64,000 nucleotides of DNA, from assembly GCF_009914755.1 (NCBI RefSeq), contig NC_060938.1. One strand, given 5' to 3'. Under the pieces are notes generated by a model that did not search any database, was not told where the DNA came from, and worked only from the letters and a program-made list of their open reading frames with translations. Shown here one piece after another: positions 14,901-27,784 of this stretch. The first letter of the stretch is position 1. Every line of letters starts with the position of its first letter. A program made the position numbers and the translations under genes. Origin of the DNA: the human T2T-CHM13v2.0 reference genome, Homo sapiens.

Positions 14901-15083
14901 GTGTAGGGCATGTGAACTCCTGTGTAACATACAGAAAATAAGGATATATGTTGCAGTTATTTGCATATTCATAAAGCAACCTTGGAAGGATACCCTGGAA
15001 TATTAATAACAGTGGTTACCTACGTATGTGGCAGGGTGGAGAACAGGAAGTGGGAAGTGGGTGGGTAGGGAATAAACTGGTGC

Positions 15084-15504
15084 TATATATATATTTATAT
15101 ATATATTTATATATATATTTATATATATATATTTATATATATATTTATATATATTTATATATATTTATATATATTTATATATATATTTATATATATATTT
15201 ATATATATTTATATATATTTATATATATTTATATATATATTTATATATATTTATATATATATTTATATATATTTATATATATTTATATATATATTTATAT
15301 ATATTTATATATATATTTATATATATATATTTATATATTTATATATATTTATATATATATTTATATATATATATTTATATATATATTTATATATATTTAT
15401 ATATATATTTATATATATATTTATATATATATATTTATATATATATATTTATATATATATTTATATATATATTTATATTTTATATATTTTTATATATATA
15501 TTTT
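15084..15504. repeat. 421-bp pure A/T array of (TA)n interrupted by TTT
   Basis: No G or C from 15084 to 15504; adjoins the tail end of an antisense Alu. Confidence 0.98.
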
Positions 15505-15774
15505 GAGACAGAGTCTCACTCTGTTGCCCAGGCTGAAGTGCAGTGACGCAGTCTCGGCTCACTGCAACCTCCGTCTCCCAGGTTCAAGCAATTCTTCTGC
15601 CTCAGCCTCCTGAGTAGCTGGGACTACAGGTGCTCGCCACCATGCCAGGCTAACTTTTTTTTGTTTTTGTTTCACCATATTGGCCAGGCTGGTCTTGAAC
15701 TCTTGACCTGGTGATCCGCCCACCTCAGCCTCCCAAAGTGCTGGGATTACAGGTGTGAGCCACCAGGCCCAGCC
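15501..15774 (-). mobile_element. Alu (AluS-like, small internal deletion at the linker)
   Basis: Reverse Alu; TSD aactggtgctata at 15075-15087 and 15775-15787. Confidence 0.95.
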
Positions 15775-18700
15775 AACTGGTGCTATAATTTAATGACACT
15801 TTCTTTGTGCCATGTTCTGTGCCAATAACGCCCATCACGTGCATCCTCTCACATAGACCTCTCCATATCCTAAGACTTAGATACTCATTATCCCCATTTT
15901 ATAGTCAAGAAAACAGAGGCTATGGGGGTTCTATGCCTTGCAGAAGGTGGCTGAACTCCTAAGTGCTGAGGCCAGGTTACCAAACCAGGTAACTTCATCC
16001 TAAATCTACCATTAATCGTTTCTTTATCGCCATTTTACAAATGAGGACATTGAGGCTTTGAGGGATTAAAGAATAGGTCTGTGCCCTTATGGTGAAGGTC
16101 TTGAAATATTCAGGGAGGTGTCTGGGCTGTACTGAGTGGGTGAAGGGGAGTGTCCTGAGATTTTGAAGCAGGAAATGACCCGGTCCGAAGAACAGCTACA
16201 CTTTTTCACTCATTCAAAGGGCAAGTACTGAGTGCCTGTTACAGGCCATGCACTGACCCCAGGGATGGCAAAAACTCCAACCTTGGGTGAAGTCTTTTGT
16301 CCCCTAAGCTCCAATGCGGGGTGGACAAAGGGACTAGTACCCTAGCAAAGGTGAGGGGGCACAGGGGAAGCCACATGTTAGCCTCAAGTCACTCGTGGTC
16401 TTCAAGCAGGCCTAGGACATGTTGGGATGGGCATTCTTAAATGATGATTATTGCAGTGAAAGACCACCTGGTAGAGAGTGGACTAAAGAGAGGCGAGCTG
16501 GAGGCCAGCTGGAAGGCTTTGGCTGTGGTCTAGGCTATCAGTGGCCGAGGAAAGAACCAAGAAGAAGGCATGGATGCAAGGGCTATTTCAGATGTAGAGA
16601 CAGATAATTCCCAGCTATGACTTGGACTAATAGGTGGAGGGAGTTCCAAGAGCCAAGATCTCAACATGAGAAATCCAAGAAGTGAATGATGGGCTCAGTT
16701 TTGGATATAATGAGTGCTTGGTATCTTGAGATGGAAACACCCAGGAGGCAGAACTTGGGAGAGAGTTTTGGGGCTGTAGACACAGTTGGGGCTGGGAGGA
16801 GGTTGTAAGAGTAGAGGTGGTAGCTGTAGAGTTAAGAGGGAAGGATGATATCATTCGAGGAAAGCAGGCAGAACAAACCATGCTTCAGAGTGCCACTGCC
16901 TGACTGGGGCGTTAACTCTGCCAACGTTTTCCAATTTAAAAGGGGAAAATGTAATAATGAACAGAATGGTCTCAGTTCTAAGTCTTGCTCCCATAAATTC
17001 TTCTCCAACCTCTGGCGCCTGCTACCACTTGTCTGCTAGCACACGATTAAACAAACGAACAAGCCGTAAATTAATATTAACGGAAAAATGTGGCAACAGC
17101 CTATCATACTTCATCCCACAGTTTGCGCTTTTCACGGACACGTGCGTGTGCCTATAGCTGGGTTTTTTTTTTTAATTTTTTTTATGCATACATAGACAAT
17201 CGTCATAGTTTCTGCTAATAAAACTGTTCCCAGCTCTAATCATGAAATTAAGTATATCGATATTTCGTGGTACTCCTTATGACTTCCAGGTGTTCTGACA
17301 CCTAAACAGTTTGAGAAATGTAAGAGGAAAGAGAACAAAGAAGGGCAGAGGGGGCCTAGGGAACACCAACGCTTAAGAGGCAGACAGAGGGAGAGGCTCT
17401 GAAGGCATCTGGAAGGGAGCAGCCAGAGGAATAGGAAGGATCTAGGAGAAAGCTCCAAGAGAGGAAGGCGTTCCCAGAACTCTCTCTGCTGCCGGCCAAA
17501 GCGCAGAGGCTGCTCCTTCCTGCGGCTGCAGGGGCAGCTCACTTCAGCTTAACATGCCCTGTGTTTCCCTGATGGCTTGGTCTCCCCTGAGGATCTGGGT
17601 GCTGGCAAGGCAGAGGAAGGCCCTTGCAGAGCTCTGCTCCTTTCTCCTCCTGTCTGGCCAGGCAGGCCCTTGGCTGCCAAACCCCTGGGGACCTAAGATA
17701 GGGAGACGAGTAGGGACGGCATGTTCAATGGGCCCAGAGCCTGGATTGGAATCTGTACCTTCTTGTTGCCTGGCACGCTGATAGGGCATCATCAACATTC
17801 CCTGGTGCCTATCCTAAAGGGTCGAGAGCCAGCCCTCTCCCCCGTGTCCCCAAGGAGTCTCAAGATCACTCCTGCTGCTGTGTCTGCTTGGCGCACCCAC
17901 CCAACCTCTTTGCCCTCATCAGTCAGCTCCAGGCACCCCACTCACCCCACCTGGCTGCCATGAGTCACATCCCCAGTGCTCTGAGGCTCTGGGCCTCTAG
18001 CTCTTCCTATGGCCACACCTAGGTCTGAAAGGACTGGATTCCCCAGCACACAGACCCCAGGGGATGACCCTGCCAGGCTGTGGGTGGGGAGGAGGTAGAG
18101 CCCTGGGGCAGTCTCTCCTGTCCAGACCACACCCTGCCCTGCTTCCCAGACAGCTCAAGGGAACACAGCATTCCTGTTTCAGGCAGGGAGACGGAGGGAG
18201 GCATGAGCTCTGCGTGTAGGGGTTAATGTCAGGGAGGGGCACCCAGCCCTTGCCTGCGGCCCGGTCCCCCCTCAAGGGCAGCCCTGAAGTAGGTGCTGCC
18301 TCAGTTTCTAAAGGGTCCAGAGACTCCTAGGAGCCACATCTCTCCCCTCCACCCTCCAGCCCCCTCATGTGTTGGTCCACTGTGAACACTTTTCCACCGA
18401 GCAGCCAGCCTTTAGGCTGCCGGGCTGCCAAGCCCTGGCCCCTCGAGATCCTGCGCGGCCTTTGTTCCCTCCTGGCAGGGTAAGAGAGCCAGGCAAGAGA
18501 GCCAGAGCGAGCTGCCTGGGCACTGGGCTCACACCCGGGCCACCTCAGGGGCAGAGGCGGGGCGGGGGTGGCCCTGAGAGGTTCTCAGGGCTCCAGGAAA
18601 TGCCCCTCATTTTCTCCCTAGCTTGCCCATGTGTCCAGCTGCTGTGGCGATAGCCCTCTTCTTCCCACCAGGAAAAAGAGCCCCTCTAAGTGCTTCCCTG

Positions 18701-20269
18701 TCTCCTTCTGGGCCCAGCTGGACCACCCAAAGGGTTGCAGCTCGGCGGGGGACACAGACCCCCAGGAGGGAAGGGACTGGGCCTTACCCTCTTCATATCT
18801 TCCATGGAGTCGTCACAGCGCTGGGCACACAGCTGCTGCCCTGAAAATATTTCTCACACTCAACTTCAGACTTCTCCATGGCTTCTCCCAGTCCTCCTGC
18901 CTCACTGGAACCATCTCCCCAGCCCTAGCTGGGCCCCATTCCTCAGCCACCCAGGGCCCGCAGGCAGTCTGAGGCCCCTGGCTCCGAGTTCCCTCGGGAA
19001 GACTTGTCAGCACACGGTGAACCTGGATTTCATGAATTCGTCGTTCAACCACCGCCAACGTGCACCGTCCCATCAGGCATTATGCAACGGGCATCTTTCC
19101 CACCAAGAGCTTGCCACCCAGACTGGGGGGCAGGGGGTAGGGAGAGGCCGAGCATACCTGGTGCCTTCGCACAAATCACAAGAGGCCTCTCTGGGCAGCC
19201 AGTTTACAGAAGTTGCCCTACTTCCTTCAGGCTGATGTAGCGTGGTCCCGGTGCTGGGTGAGCAGAACACAGGCTAGATTTTGGCCCCAGGGTTCATCTC
19301 CTGCCTGGCACCCTTGTGCAGGACACAGCAGGTACACTATATACAGCAGCCCCGGGCCAGCCCCCTGCATGCGAGCATTTCATAACAATCCAAGAGCAGA
19401 GAAGGAGGAGAGGGGCAGAAGCCAGGAGTCTTATGGCCAGGTAAGCTGTCCAGCCAGCATGTTCCAGCGCGGCCGTGGGGCTGGATCACTGGGGAATGCT
19501 TTCCAGAGGGTGGGAGACATGAGCCGGAGGAAGGGGTGGGGAGTGCAGAGAGAGCCACAAGCATAAACGGACATATTCAGGAATGTGCTGGCATGGTGTT
19601 CAGGGATAATCAGACCTGTCTGATTAAAGAGAAATAGGAGGAGTCAAGGATGAGAATAATAATAGCCAACAGTTACATAGTGCTAATCATATGCCAGGCA
19701 CTGTGCTAAGCACTTTACATATATTAATTCAGTTAACCACCATTAAAATTAGGAAGTAGGTATTATTATTATCCCTTTTCCAGATGAGGCATAAAGAAGC
19801 TAGGTAACTTACTTAAGGTCACATAGTCAATGACTAGGAATCAAATACAGGCATTCTGCAGATATTCTAGTTCCAGAGCCTATACCACGAATCTTTGCAC
19901 CATCTTGAGAACTATACTTCGGGACCTAGTACAGAAGGCCAACAGTCTGGGCCTCATCCTATGAACCTCATGCTTGAAAAGGAAGCCTTGAAAAAAGTGT
20001 TTTCACCAGAAAGTAACAAGGTTAAAAATAGTCATGGAAAACTCCCCTTGGAGGCCCCCTACCTACCCCTATTACCCACACTGCCCAGGGATGCTCCCCT
20101 CCTTGTCTCCTAGAGCACTTGCAAAAGCTTCCCAAGGGCTGGGTGTGCTGTAGCTGCTTGAGCATGTCAAACCGCTGGATGTGAGCTCTTAGAGGCGAGG
20201 CATGGGTCCAAGTCATCTAGTGCCTGGAATGAAGATAGAGATGGAGGGAAGGAGGGAGGAAGGGAAGCA

Positions 20270-20305
20270 GGGAGGGAGGGAGGGAGGGAGGGAGGGAGGG
20301 AGGGA
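20270..20305. repeat. (GGGA)n tetranucleotide purine tract
   Basis: About 9 GGGA units. Confidence 0.95.
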
Positions 20306-22080
20306 AAGAAGGGTGGCCAAGTCTGAACAAAATCCTTGTCAGTTGCCCGACTCAGAGAACATCCCTCTTTTTAGCATCCTTTCTTCCAACTGGCCTGAAT
20401 GAATGGAAGAATGATTAATAGGAAGTATGAGATTCACACAGGAGAAGGTTATTTATTCCTGGCTTACCACTTGGAATGTGTTATGGGGTCTAATTGCAGG
20501 AGACCCCCTCTTAGCACAGGTTCTTTGGGTGGGCAGACACTGGGAATGTTGAACTGAAGGACTAAAGTTGTGTACAGACGTGCTGCTGGAGCTCAGATCA
20601 AGGCCTGGGTTTCCCCTGGCTATTAGAACAGGGCATCTGCTCATGCCAAAAGGGGGTTACTCCTCCCAGGTCCAATGACAGAAGCCAGCTGTGCTGAGGG
20701 GCAGAGATCAGACTATAATGAGATTTGTCCACTGGTATCTCTTCCTCTGGGTATCTGCTGGGGCGTCAGAGTCCTTCCCACACAACCTGTCTTGATGAAA
20801 TAATTGCTATACTTACTAAACACAGGCTGAGCACCAGGCACCAAACACACATGACCTTATAAAGGTCCCCTAACAAGAACCTAAGACATAGGTGTCTCTG
20901 CCCCACTATGACCTATGAGAAATTTGCGGCATGAAGGAGGAAGGTAGCTGGCCCGAGCTCACGTATCTCATGAACGGCAAAACCCACAGTCCTAAAGCTC
21001 AGGACTGCCAGGCTCTAAAGCTCATCTCACCCCTCCCATCACTGCAGCCAAACTCCCTCCACAAGCTGCCATGGTGATGCTGCATTAACTACAAGGAAGT
21101 GTATGAAAACCAGAAGTGGCTGGAGAGCTGCAGCCATGAAAAGGGAATGAAAATGCAAGGCAGGGCCTAGGGACCTGGCAAGTGCTACAGGAGATTGGAG
21201 GAGGGGCTGGAGGAAGGGGAGGAGAGACACCTAGGCTGAGGGGATTGAGCTAGGACTCTTTCCCAAAGCCACAGCAAACCTGGTATACAAACATCTCACC
21301 ACCACTAACTTGGCCATGAGATGCTCACCTCCTGAACCCTTGAGTTCCCAGCTCATGGCCTTCAGGACCCTTCCACCCTCCATGATGCGCCCCCACACAT
21401 GCCCATGCACAAGCTTAGCAGGTCTGGCTTATTGAACAGCAAACACAGGCCTGACTCCAGATGTGTTTACCCCACTCGTGGGCCTGCCCCGACAAGCACA
21501 CTGTAGACTAAGGCAGCTAGGGACCTGGGTCAAAGATACACTTTCAGGAACTGGCCAAAGTCCCAGCCTGCCCTTTCCGCTCTCACAGGGGCTGGAAATT
21601 TACCCCGGGGCCATAAACAAAAGGAGATTTCTATGGGAACTAGGGCCCCAACCTGGAAAGCTTCCATTCAGCAATCTAGCAGCCCAAATCTGTCAACCTA
21701 TGATGTGCCAGGCCTCTGCTAAGGCATTTTATTTTTTTTATTTACTTGATTAGTACAGCAACCCTATGATACAGGAACTAGTGTCCCCATTTTACAGAAG
21801 AGAAAACTGAAGCACAGGGAGCCTGTTAACTTGCCCGGGGTCATCCCCAGCAGGGAAGTGCTGGGCCAGGGTCTTCAGGCTGAGCTCTGTCTGCCTCTGG
21901 GGGATGAGATTCCCTTCCCCACCCTGCTGCTCACCCTTGGCTGTGACCAGAAACCTCCCAGGTCTGGAAACACCTTCAAGTGCTCTGGGCAAATTCTCAA
22001 AGTTTCTGATGACCGCTGCTGCATTTCTGAAAGGCTCAGATAACCCCCGAGGCAGGGGACAAGTAAGAGTGGGCACGGTG

Positions 22081-22150
22081 AGACTTTGAACAAATGTACA
22101 GAACCATGAACCAAATAAACCACTTTTCTTTATATTAAAAAAAAAAAAAA
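22081..22150 (+). mobile_element. Short polyadenylated retro-insertion with a MaLR-LTR-like polyA region and 16-bp TSD
   Basis: AATAAA at 22114-22119, A14 at 22137-22150, direct repeat aagagtgggcacggtg at 22065-22080 and 22149-22164. Confidence 0.75.
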
Positions 22151-22154
22151 GAGT

Positions 22155-22463
<309 letters not shown>

Positions 22464-23386
22464 TTATAGAGGACCAAAAATGTGCCAGATGCACTTACGT
22501 GGATTAGTCAATCCTTCTGACAATTCCATAAGGTAGCAATGATCATCCCCAGCCTACAGATGAGAACACTGAAGCTCACAAGGTTAAATCACTCACTGTA
22601 GGCTGCATAGCTAAGTGGTGGAGCTGAGATTCAAACTCAGGTTTATTTAAGACATAAATTATTTCACAATTCTGCCCTCACACGCTACTGCATTTTGTGG
22701 AGCCTCTGACCTTGTCCCAAGAACATCAAAAAAGAAAGAAATGTGGAATTAATTTTTCTCCCCTGGAAGGGCGTGGCCTGGCTGGGGTCTTGAGAGGATA
22801 CCGCCAGACCCCTGCAGATGCAGACTCCCTCAAGTGGCCTCTGCTGCGGGCACTCGCGGGTGGACATGTCACATCGTGGGCAGGGCTGAGGCTCCAGGAG
22901 GAAAATGCAGCGTAGGCGACATCTGGAAGCAGAAATGTGGTAGCTCCAGAAGTTTTCATCTGTAATCTTTGTTTTGCAAGGAACAGGGATTTTTTTTCTT
23001 TTCAAAAAGTACTCCACTTCCTTTTAGACCTTTCACAAATATTTTTGTAGGAGAAATAAGGAGAAAAAAAAAAAACCCACAGAATGCCTGTCGCAGCTAC
23101 TCACTTCCACCATGAATCACAGACACAAAACCACAGCTATGTGGCTAGCAAAGCAACTATGTGTTTTCACATTTCATTATTGGGAATCATTTAGCAATCT
23201 TCCCGGTGTCATCTGCAGACAGATAGACACAGACAGACGGATACACCCCTCTGGGTCCCAAGCAGCCTCATACAACACAGTCATCAGATGACTTTGCAGT
23301 TAATCCATTTTCCCCTTCTAATCCTTTTCTGGGAAATTATCCTGCCAGGTTTAAATCTTCCCCTTTAGCCCTTCTGCAGAGGTGGG

Positions 23387-23425
<39 letters not shown>

Positions 23426-23436
23426 TGTGTGTGTGT
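23387..23436. repeat. Compound microsatellite (GT)12(GA)7(GT)6
   Basis: Read directly from the sequence. Confidence 0.97.
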
Positions 23437-24389
23437 GCATGCGCCATGACAGGGGGAGGAGGAGGAGTGCCGAGACACTGATTCAGTTAATTTCACAAGT
23501 GGAAACAAGTGTATGTTTCAGAATGCCTCCCTTTTTTTTTTTTTTTAAACCGTGATCATACTTTGCTAAAGTTATTTTCACCTGGGAAGCTCACAGTGCC
23601 TTTTCTGACCGTGGCAAATTAATTAACTGATGGCAGATTTAAAGATGGAGTAACTGGAAAAACTACCGGACCCATAAATCAGAAACCTCCTTTATGTCCT
23701 GGACAAGAGGTGAAACCTGATACATATTTGAAAAACTTGAGCTCAAAAGGAGAATTCACGGAGCCTGAAAAAATCTCCATTATGACTTTTGAGACATGTT
23801 CTCTCCACAGCTTCCACCCACGCCCCGCCACACACACACGCATACACACACATACCCCCGCAGAGGGAGACCCTCACTGAGTGAGCAGCCAGTTCTGTAA
23901 AAAGCAGCCGGATGGGGCGAACCTTCCCTGGGCCATCTGAAAAAGAGCTTTGCCAGTCTTTCCTCTCTTTTCTTGCTTCATTGCTCCCAGCCTCTTCCTT
24001 TCAAACAAAAATCCTACAGGATTTAAGTTGGCTAGATGCTATGAACATAGCTACAAGCTTGAAATGTTTATTGTCACTAGTTATTTTAAGTCCGGTGCTG
24101 GAAACTGTATACATTAACATTTTAATGAGGCCCAATGCTGCTCCAGGCTCTCACCGACTTCTGTAGTTTTCTGAAAAGACGCTGGATACCTTGCCTAACC
24201 CAGTACTCTGCAGTTTCCAAGCCAAGCTGGATGTTTCCGCACTTGCCTACGCTCACATGCCCTGGAGGCTGGTTCGCACAATGACTATAATCACAAGTTC
24301 TGAAGTCGAGGAGAGCTAGGCTGGAATCGCCCTTACCCTCAGTGTCCTCATTGCAAAGTGGGAGTCACGGGAATACCCTCCTCACAGGG

Positions 24390-24850
24390 TCATGGCAAGG
24401 ACTGGCAAATGTGCTGAAGATCTTCCACTTGCCCCTGGATCCCTCTCCATCCCACTCTGAGTCCTGGGAGATTCCTTTGCCCTCTGCCTTCTGGTCCAGT
24501 TCCATCAGTGGGGAACTGTGGCAGGAGGTCAGAGGGCAGGAGAAGGGTGAGTGGAGGTGCAGATCCTCCCAGCTCCCTCGCAACAGGTACTGCAGGTGAG
24601 CAGTGGCTGCATTCCTCCACCAGAGGTGGCAGCCCTGTCCATGGCCCTCTCCTATAGCCTGAGCTACCCTGGGTTCTTATGACTGCTGGTCCCTTGCCCC
24701 TTTAGACCTGGAGGGTAAGGGCTTGCCTACGTAACTACCCTGGGATACTCCACCATTATTCATTGTTTTCTCTTGACTCTGCCAGTGCTTTTGTAAATAA
24801 ATACATCGAGTGTGCCATCCCTTTCCTGCTGGAACTCTAACTGACCCAGA
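24390..24850 (+). mobile_element. Old ERVL LTR (LTR33-like)
   Basis: 3' end aataaa...gagtgtgccatccctttcctgctggaactctaactga resembles the LTR33 terminus; the 5' boundary is a guess. Confidence 0.45.
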
Positions 24851-25194
24851 CAAGAAAAAGTATTTGCTATCGAGTACTGAGCACTTACCTATGTGAGCCG
24901 GCACTTTATCCACATTCCTTTGTGTTATTCTGACCACAGCTCTGCGCAGCCAGTATTGGTATCATCAGTCTTTCACATTGAGACTCGGGGAGGTGAAAGA
25001 ACACACTTGATAGCACGACTGGGGAGTAACCGAGTCAAGTGGAACCGGGATCTGTCTGACTCGTGGCCCATGCTCTTAGCCACTGTGCCGAGCTGTCCCC
25101 AGTATTAAATTAGGTGGTGCCTGTAAACTGTCAGCTTATTCAATAAGGCTCCATCAATGGTGGGTTAGAACAACAACCACACATACAATCGAAA

Positions 25195-25410
25195 ACACCC
25201 ACAGTCCTAAATGTTACTTTAGCATAACCCTAACCCAACCCTGACCACAATCCTAAGATTAAAACCTCACCCTAATGCTGCACTGCTAAAGTTATTCCTC
25301 TAATCTTACCCTAACCACTACCGTACTGTTAAATAGAATGTCACCCTAACCACAACCTTAGTGCTAGTCAATCTTAACCCAAACTTCCGCCATGGTAACC
25401 ATAATTCTAA
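25195..25410. repeat. Degenerate (CCCTAA)n-like repeat
   Basis: taaccctaacccaaccctgaccacaatcctaa...caccctaa...taccctaacc...caccctaaccacaacctta. Confidence 0.6.
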
Positions 25411-26515
25411 GCACACCACTAAGGCCATGATGAGCTCTGGGGAACCTCTGCACCCCTGTGCTCCTGGGTGCTGGTCCCTGTGCTATGCCATTTATACTCC
25501 ACTATTTGGACACGACACAATTGACCAAAAGACATTTGTACAACATCCATGTCCTGCATGTCACTGAGCTGGTGACTCTAAAGTGGGGACAGCAAGGAGG
25601 AAAAGAATAGGGTAGGAATCTAGCACAATGCCTGAAACACAGCAGGGTGCAATAAATCCTACTGATGATGAAGATGATGATGATGAACTGGAAAAGGTAG
25701 CTTTCCCCATCACCGAACTGTAGGCTCTGGGAGGACAGAAGGTGAATAGCTCGTATCTCAGAGATTTGTTTAGGGCTGGACCTGGGGCAGGGCTGGGAGG
25801 AGTCCTCTCCTGAAACCAAACCCAGGATGCGGTCCATATATTCCTCAGCTCTGGGAGAATACTAAAAAAGGGAGTCACTAGGTTGTCATCAGAGAGTTTG
25901 AGATCTTCTTGGGCCAGATGTCCGCCTTCAGGCTCAAATGGGAGAAGGGGGAAGGTAGGAGGAAGTGTGTAGAAAGCAGACACCATTTCCCTTGAATCTG
26001 CCCAGTGCCCCATGTGGGGAGAAGGCGGGGCCTCCTCCCCTGAGCACTCAGAGGCCTGAGCTCGGCATCCTCACCAACCCAGAGATGTCTGCTCTGTGCC
26101 CAGCATGAGAAAAGGAAGAGGTTGCCGGCTTTATCACGCAGAAGAAGGAAGGCACACTGGCCCCCACCTTCCTCACAACCTCTCCTGGGACTTCTAGGCT
26201 CCGGATCAAAGCATAGCTAGACCGTGTGCCCTGGGCTACATCTGCCCAGAGCTGGAGTCTTTTTATCATCCCACACCTGTACCCCCTAAGGCCAGCCGTG
26301 GCCTGCTCAGGGCCTGACCTCCATGGATCTCAGGTATTTGTGTGGGTTGGAGAGATGCACGTTAACACTACAAAGGCCCAGAGATCCATCCCCCTTTCAG
26401 GGGAACCTCGAAGGGACCTCAACAGCCAAACCCAGCTGGAAAGGACGGCCTTGAAGCAATACACTTTGTAAGGGAAATAGGAGACATCTCTCTCCTTCCC
26501 AGAAAGAAGCCAGGT

Positions 26516-26615
26516 CTAGTATCACCACATACAGCTGCACAGGCTGTGCACTGCACAACTCTTGGGTTACCTGTCACAGAGACTATAATGTGAAGGACAA
26601 CCCCTGGTGTTGTGT
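26516..26615 (+). mobile_element. MER91-like hAT-Tip100 fragment, copy 1
   Basis: cacatacagctgcacaggctgtgcactgcacaactc...cccctggtgttgtg. Confidence 0.65.
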
Positions 26616-27679
26616 CCAACAGCTGAAAGGTCCAATGCAGAACAGCAGGCGTCCCTCCCCTGCCTGGCTGGAACACAGTGCCTCAGACCCATCTGGCCAC
26701 TCCAAATAGTCTCTGCTGGACAGGGATGCACTGGGGCTGGCAGAGGTTGAGTGCCAAGGGACCCTCCACAAGCCTTAGTGTGGCCCATCCACATTTCTAG
26801 AACCTATCCTCTGCAACAGCAGGGAGATGGGGCGTGGGTGGTGAAGGAAGTTCTTGGCTGAGACAAAGGTCTCTTCCCACTCTCCTCAAAAAGCATGAGC
26901 AGGGCTTCTGCACCCTCAGACTTGGGAAAATAAAATCTCTTCCATTGGATCTGGCTGGAGGCCTACAGTGAGCATTCCCCTTCTTCCTAACCCCTCTGAG
27001 CCCTCCCTCTTCCAAACCCACAGCCCCAGGGAAGGGGAGTCATGGGGGCTCTTCTAAGGCCCAAGAGATGGAAGAAACCAGGAGGAGCCTCCTTTACAGC
27101 TGCCACAACCCCCTGTCCAGACTCTCAGCACTCCTGAGGGTCTGTCAAGCCCACTCTCCCTGCCCTCAGGGGAGAGGCATTGCCCTCAGTTTGCCTGGCT
27201 TCCGACTCCCAGGGCCAAGGGGCACAGGGTGAGGAAGCACCACCTGTTGGGAGGGCTGGGAGAGCCCCTCCATGTCAGTGACTTGCTAGGGGATGGCCCG
27301 AGCATCAGCTCAGAAGGAAATGGCCCTGAGACCATCTCTCTGCTCTAGGAAGCAACAGAAGATGCGTTAGGACAGGGGTGTCCATTCAGTGGATATTTAG
27401 TTAGTGAGGGCCTGCTATATCCTGGGCACCATTCTAGGAGCTTGGGATATGTCAGTGAACAAAACAAAGATCCCTGCTCTTGAGGAATATAGTAACTGGG
27501 AAAAATGGATTATATACCAATGTAATAAATAAGTAAATTATATGCTACGTTAGAAAGTGGAAAATAGAAAGTACTGTGGAAATAAAAAGTGAGCCAGAGG
27601 AAAGGACTCTCAAGTTGAGGTTTGAAAATATTAAATATTGGAAAAATGGGAGACATCTCCTTCTAGGGAAGAAGCCAGG

Positions 27680-27784
27680 TCTGGGGTCACCACATACAGC
27701 TGCATACGCTGTACACTGTACAACTCTTGGGGTACCTGTCACAGAGAGTATGATATGATGGAAGGACATCCCCTGTTGTTGTGT
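27680..27784 (+). mobile_element. MER91-like fragment, copy 2 (locally duplicated together with its flank)
   Basis: Aligns to copy 1 including the upstream unique flank. Confidence 0.6.

Larger units (their letters stand above)
13490..15075 (+). mobile_element. Old L1 (L1ME-like) fragments with nested LTR and MER insertions
   Basis: gaaatatgaacag-like text, gcaaatgaaaactatgctgag, aatgtaaattg...ttctggaaagcaatttggcaa, aaacaacttaagtgtccttcagtagggg. Confidence 0.65.

Noticed and set aside
15026-15613. 195-aa Ile/Tyr-rich ORF
   Set aside because: It is the translation of the AT array running into an Alu.
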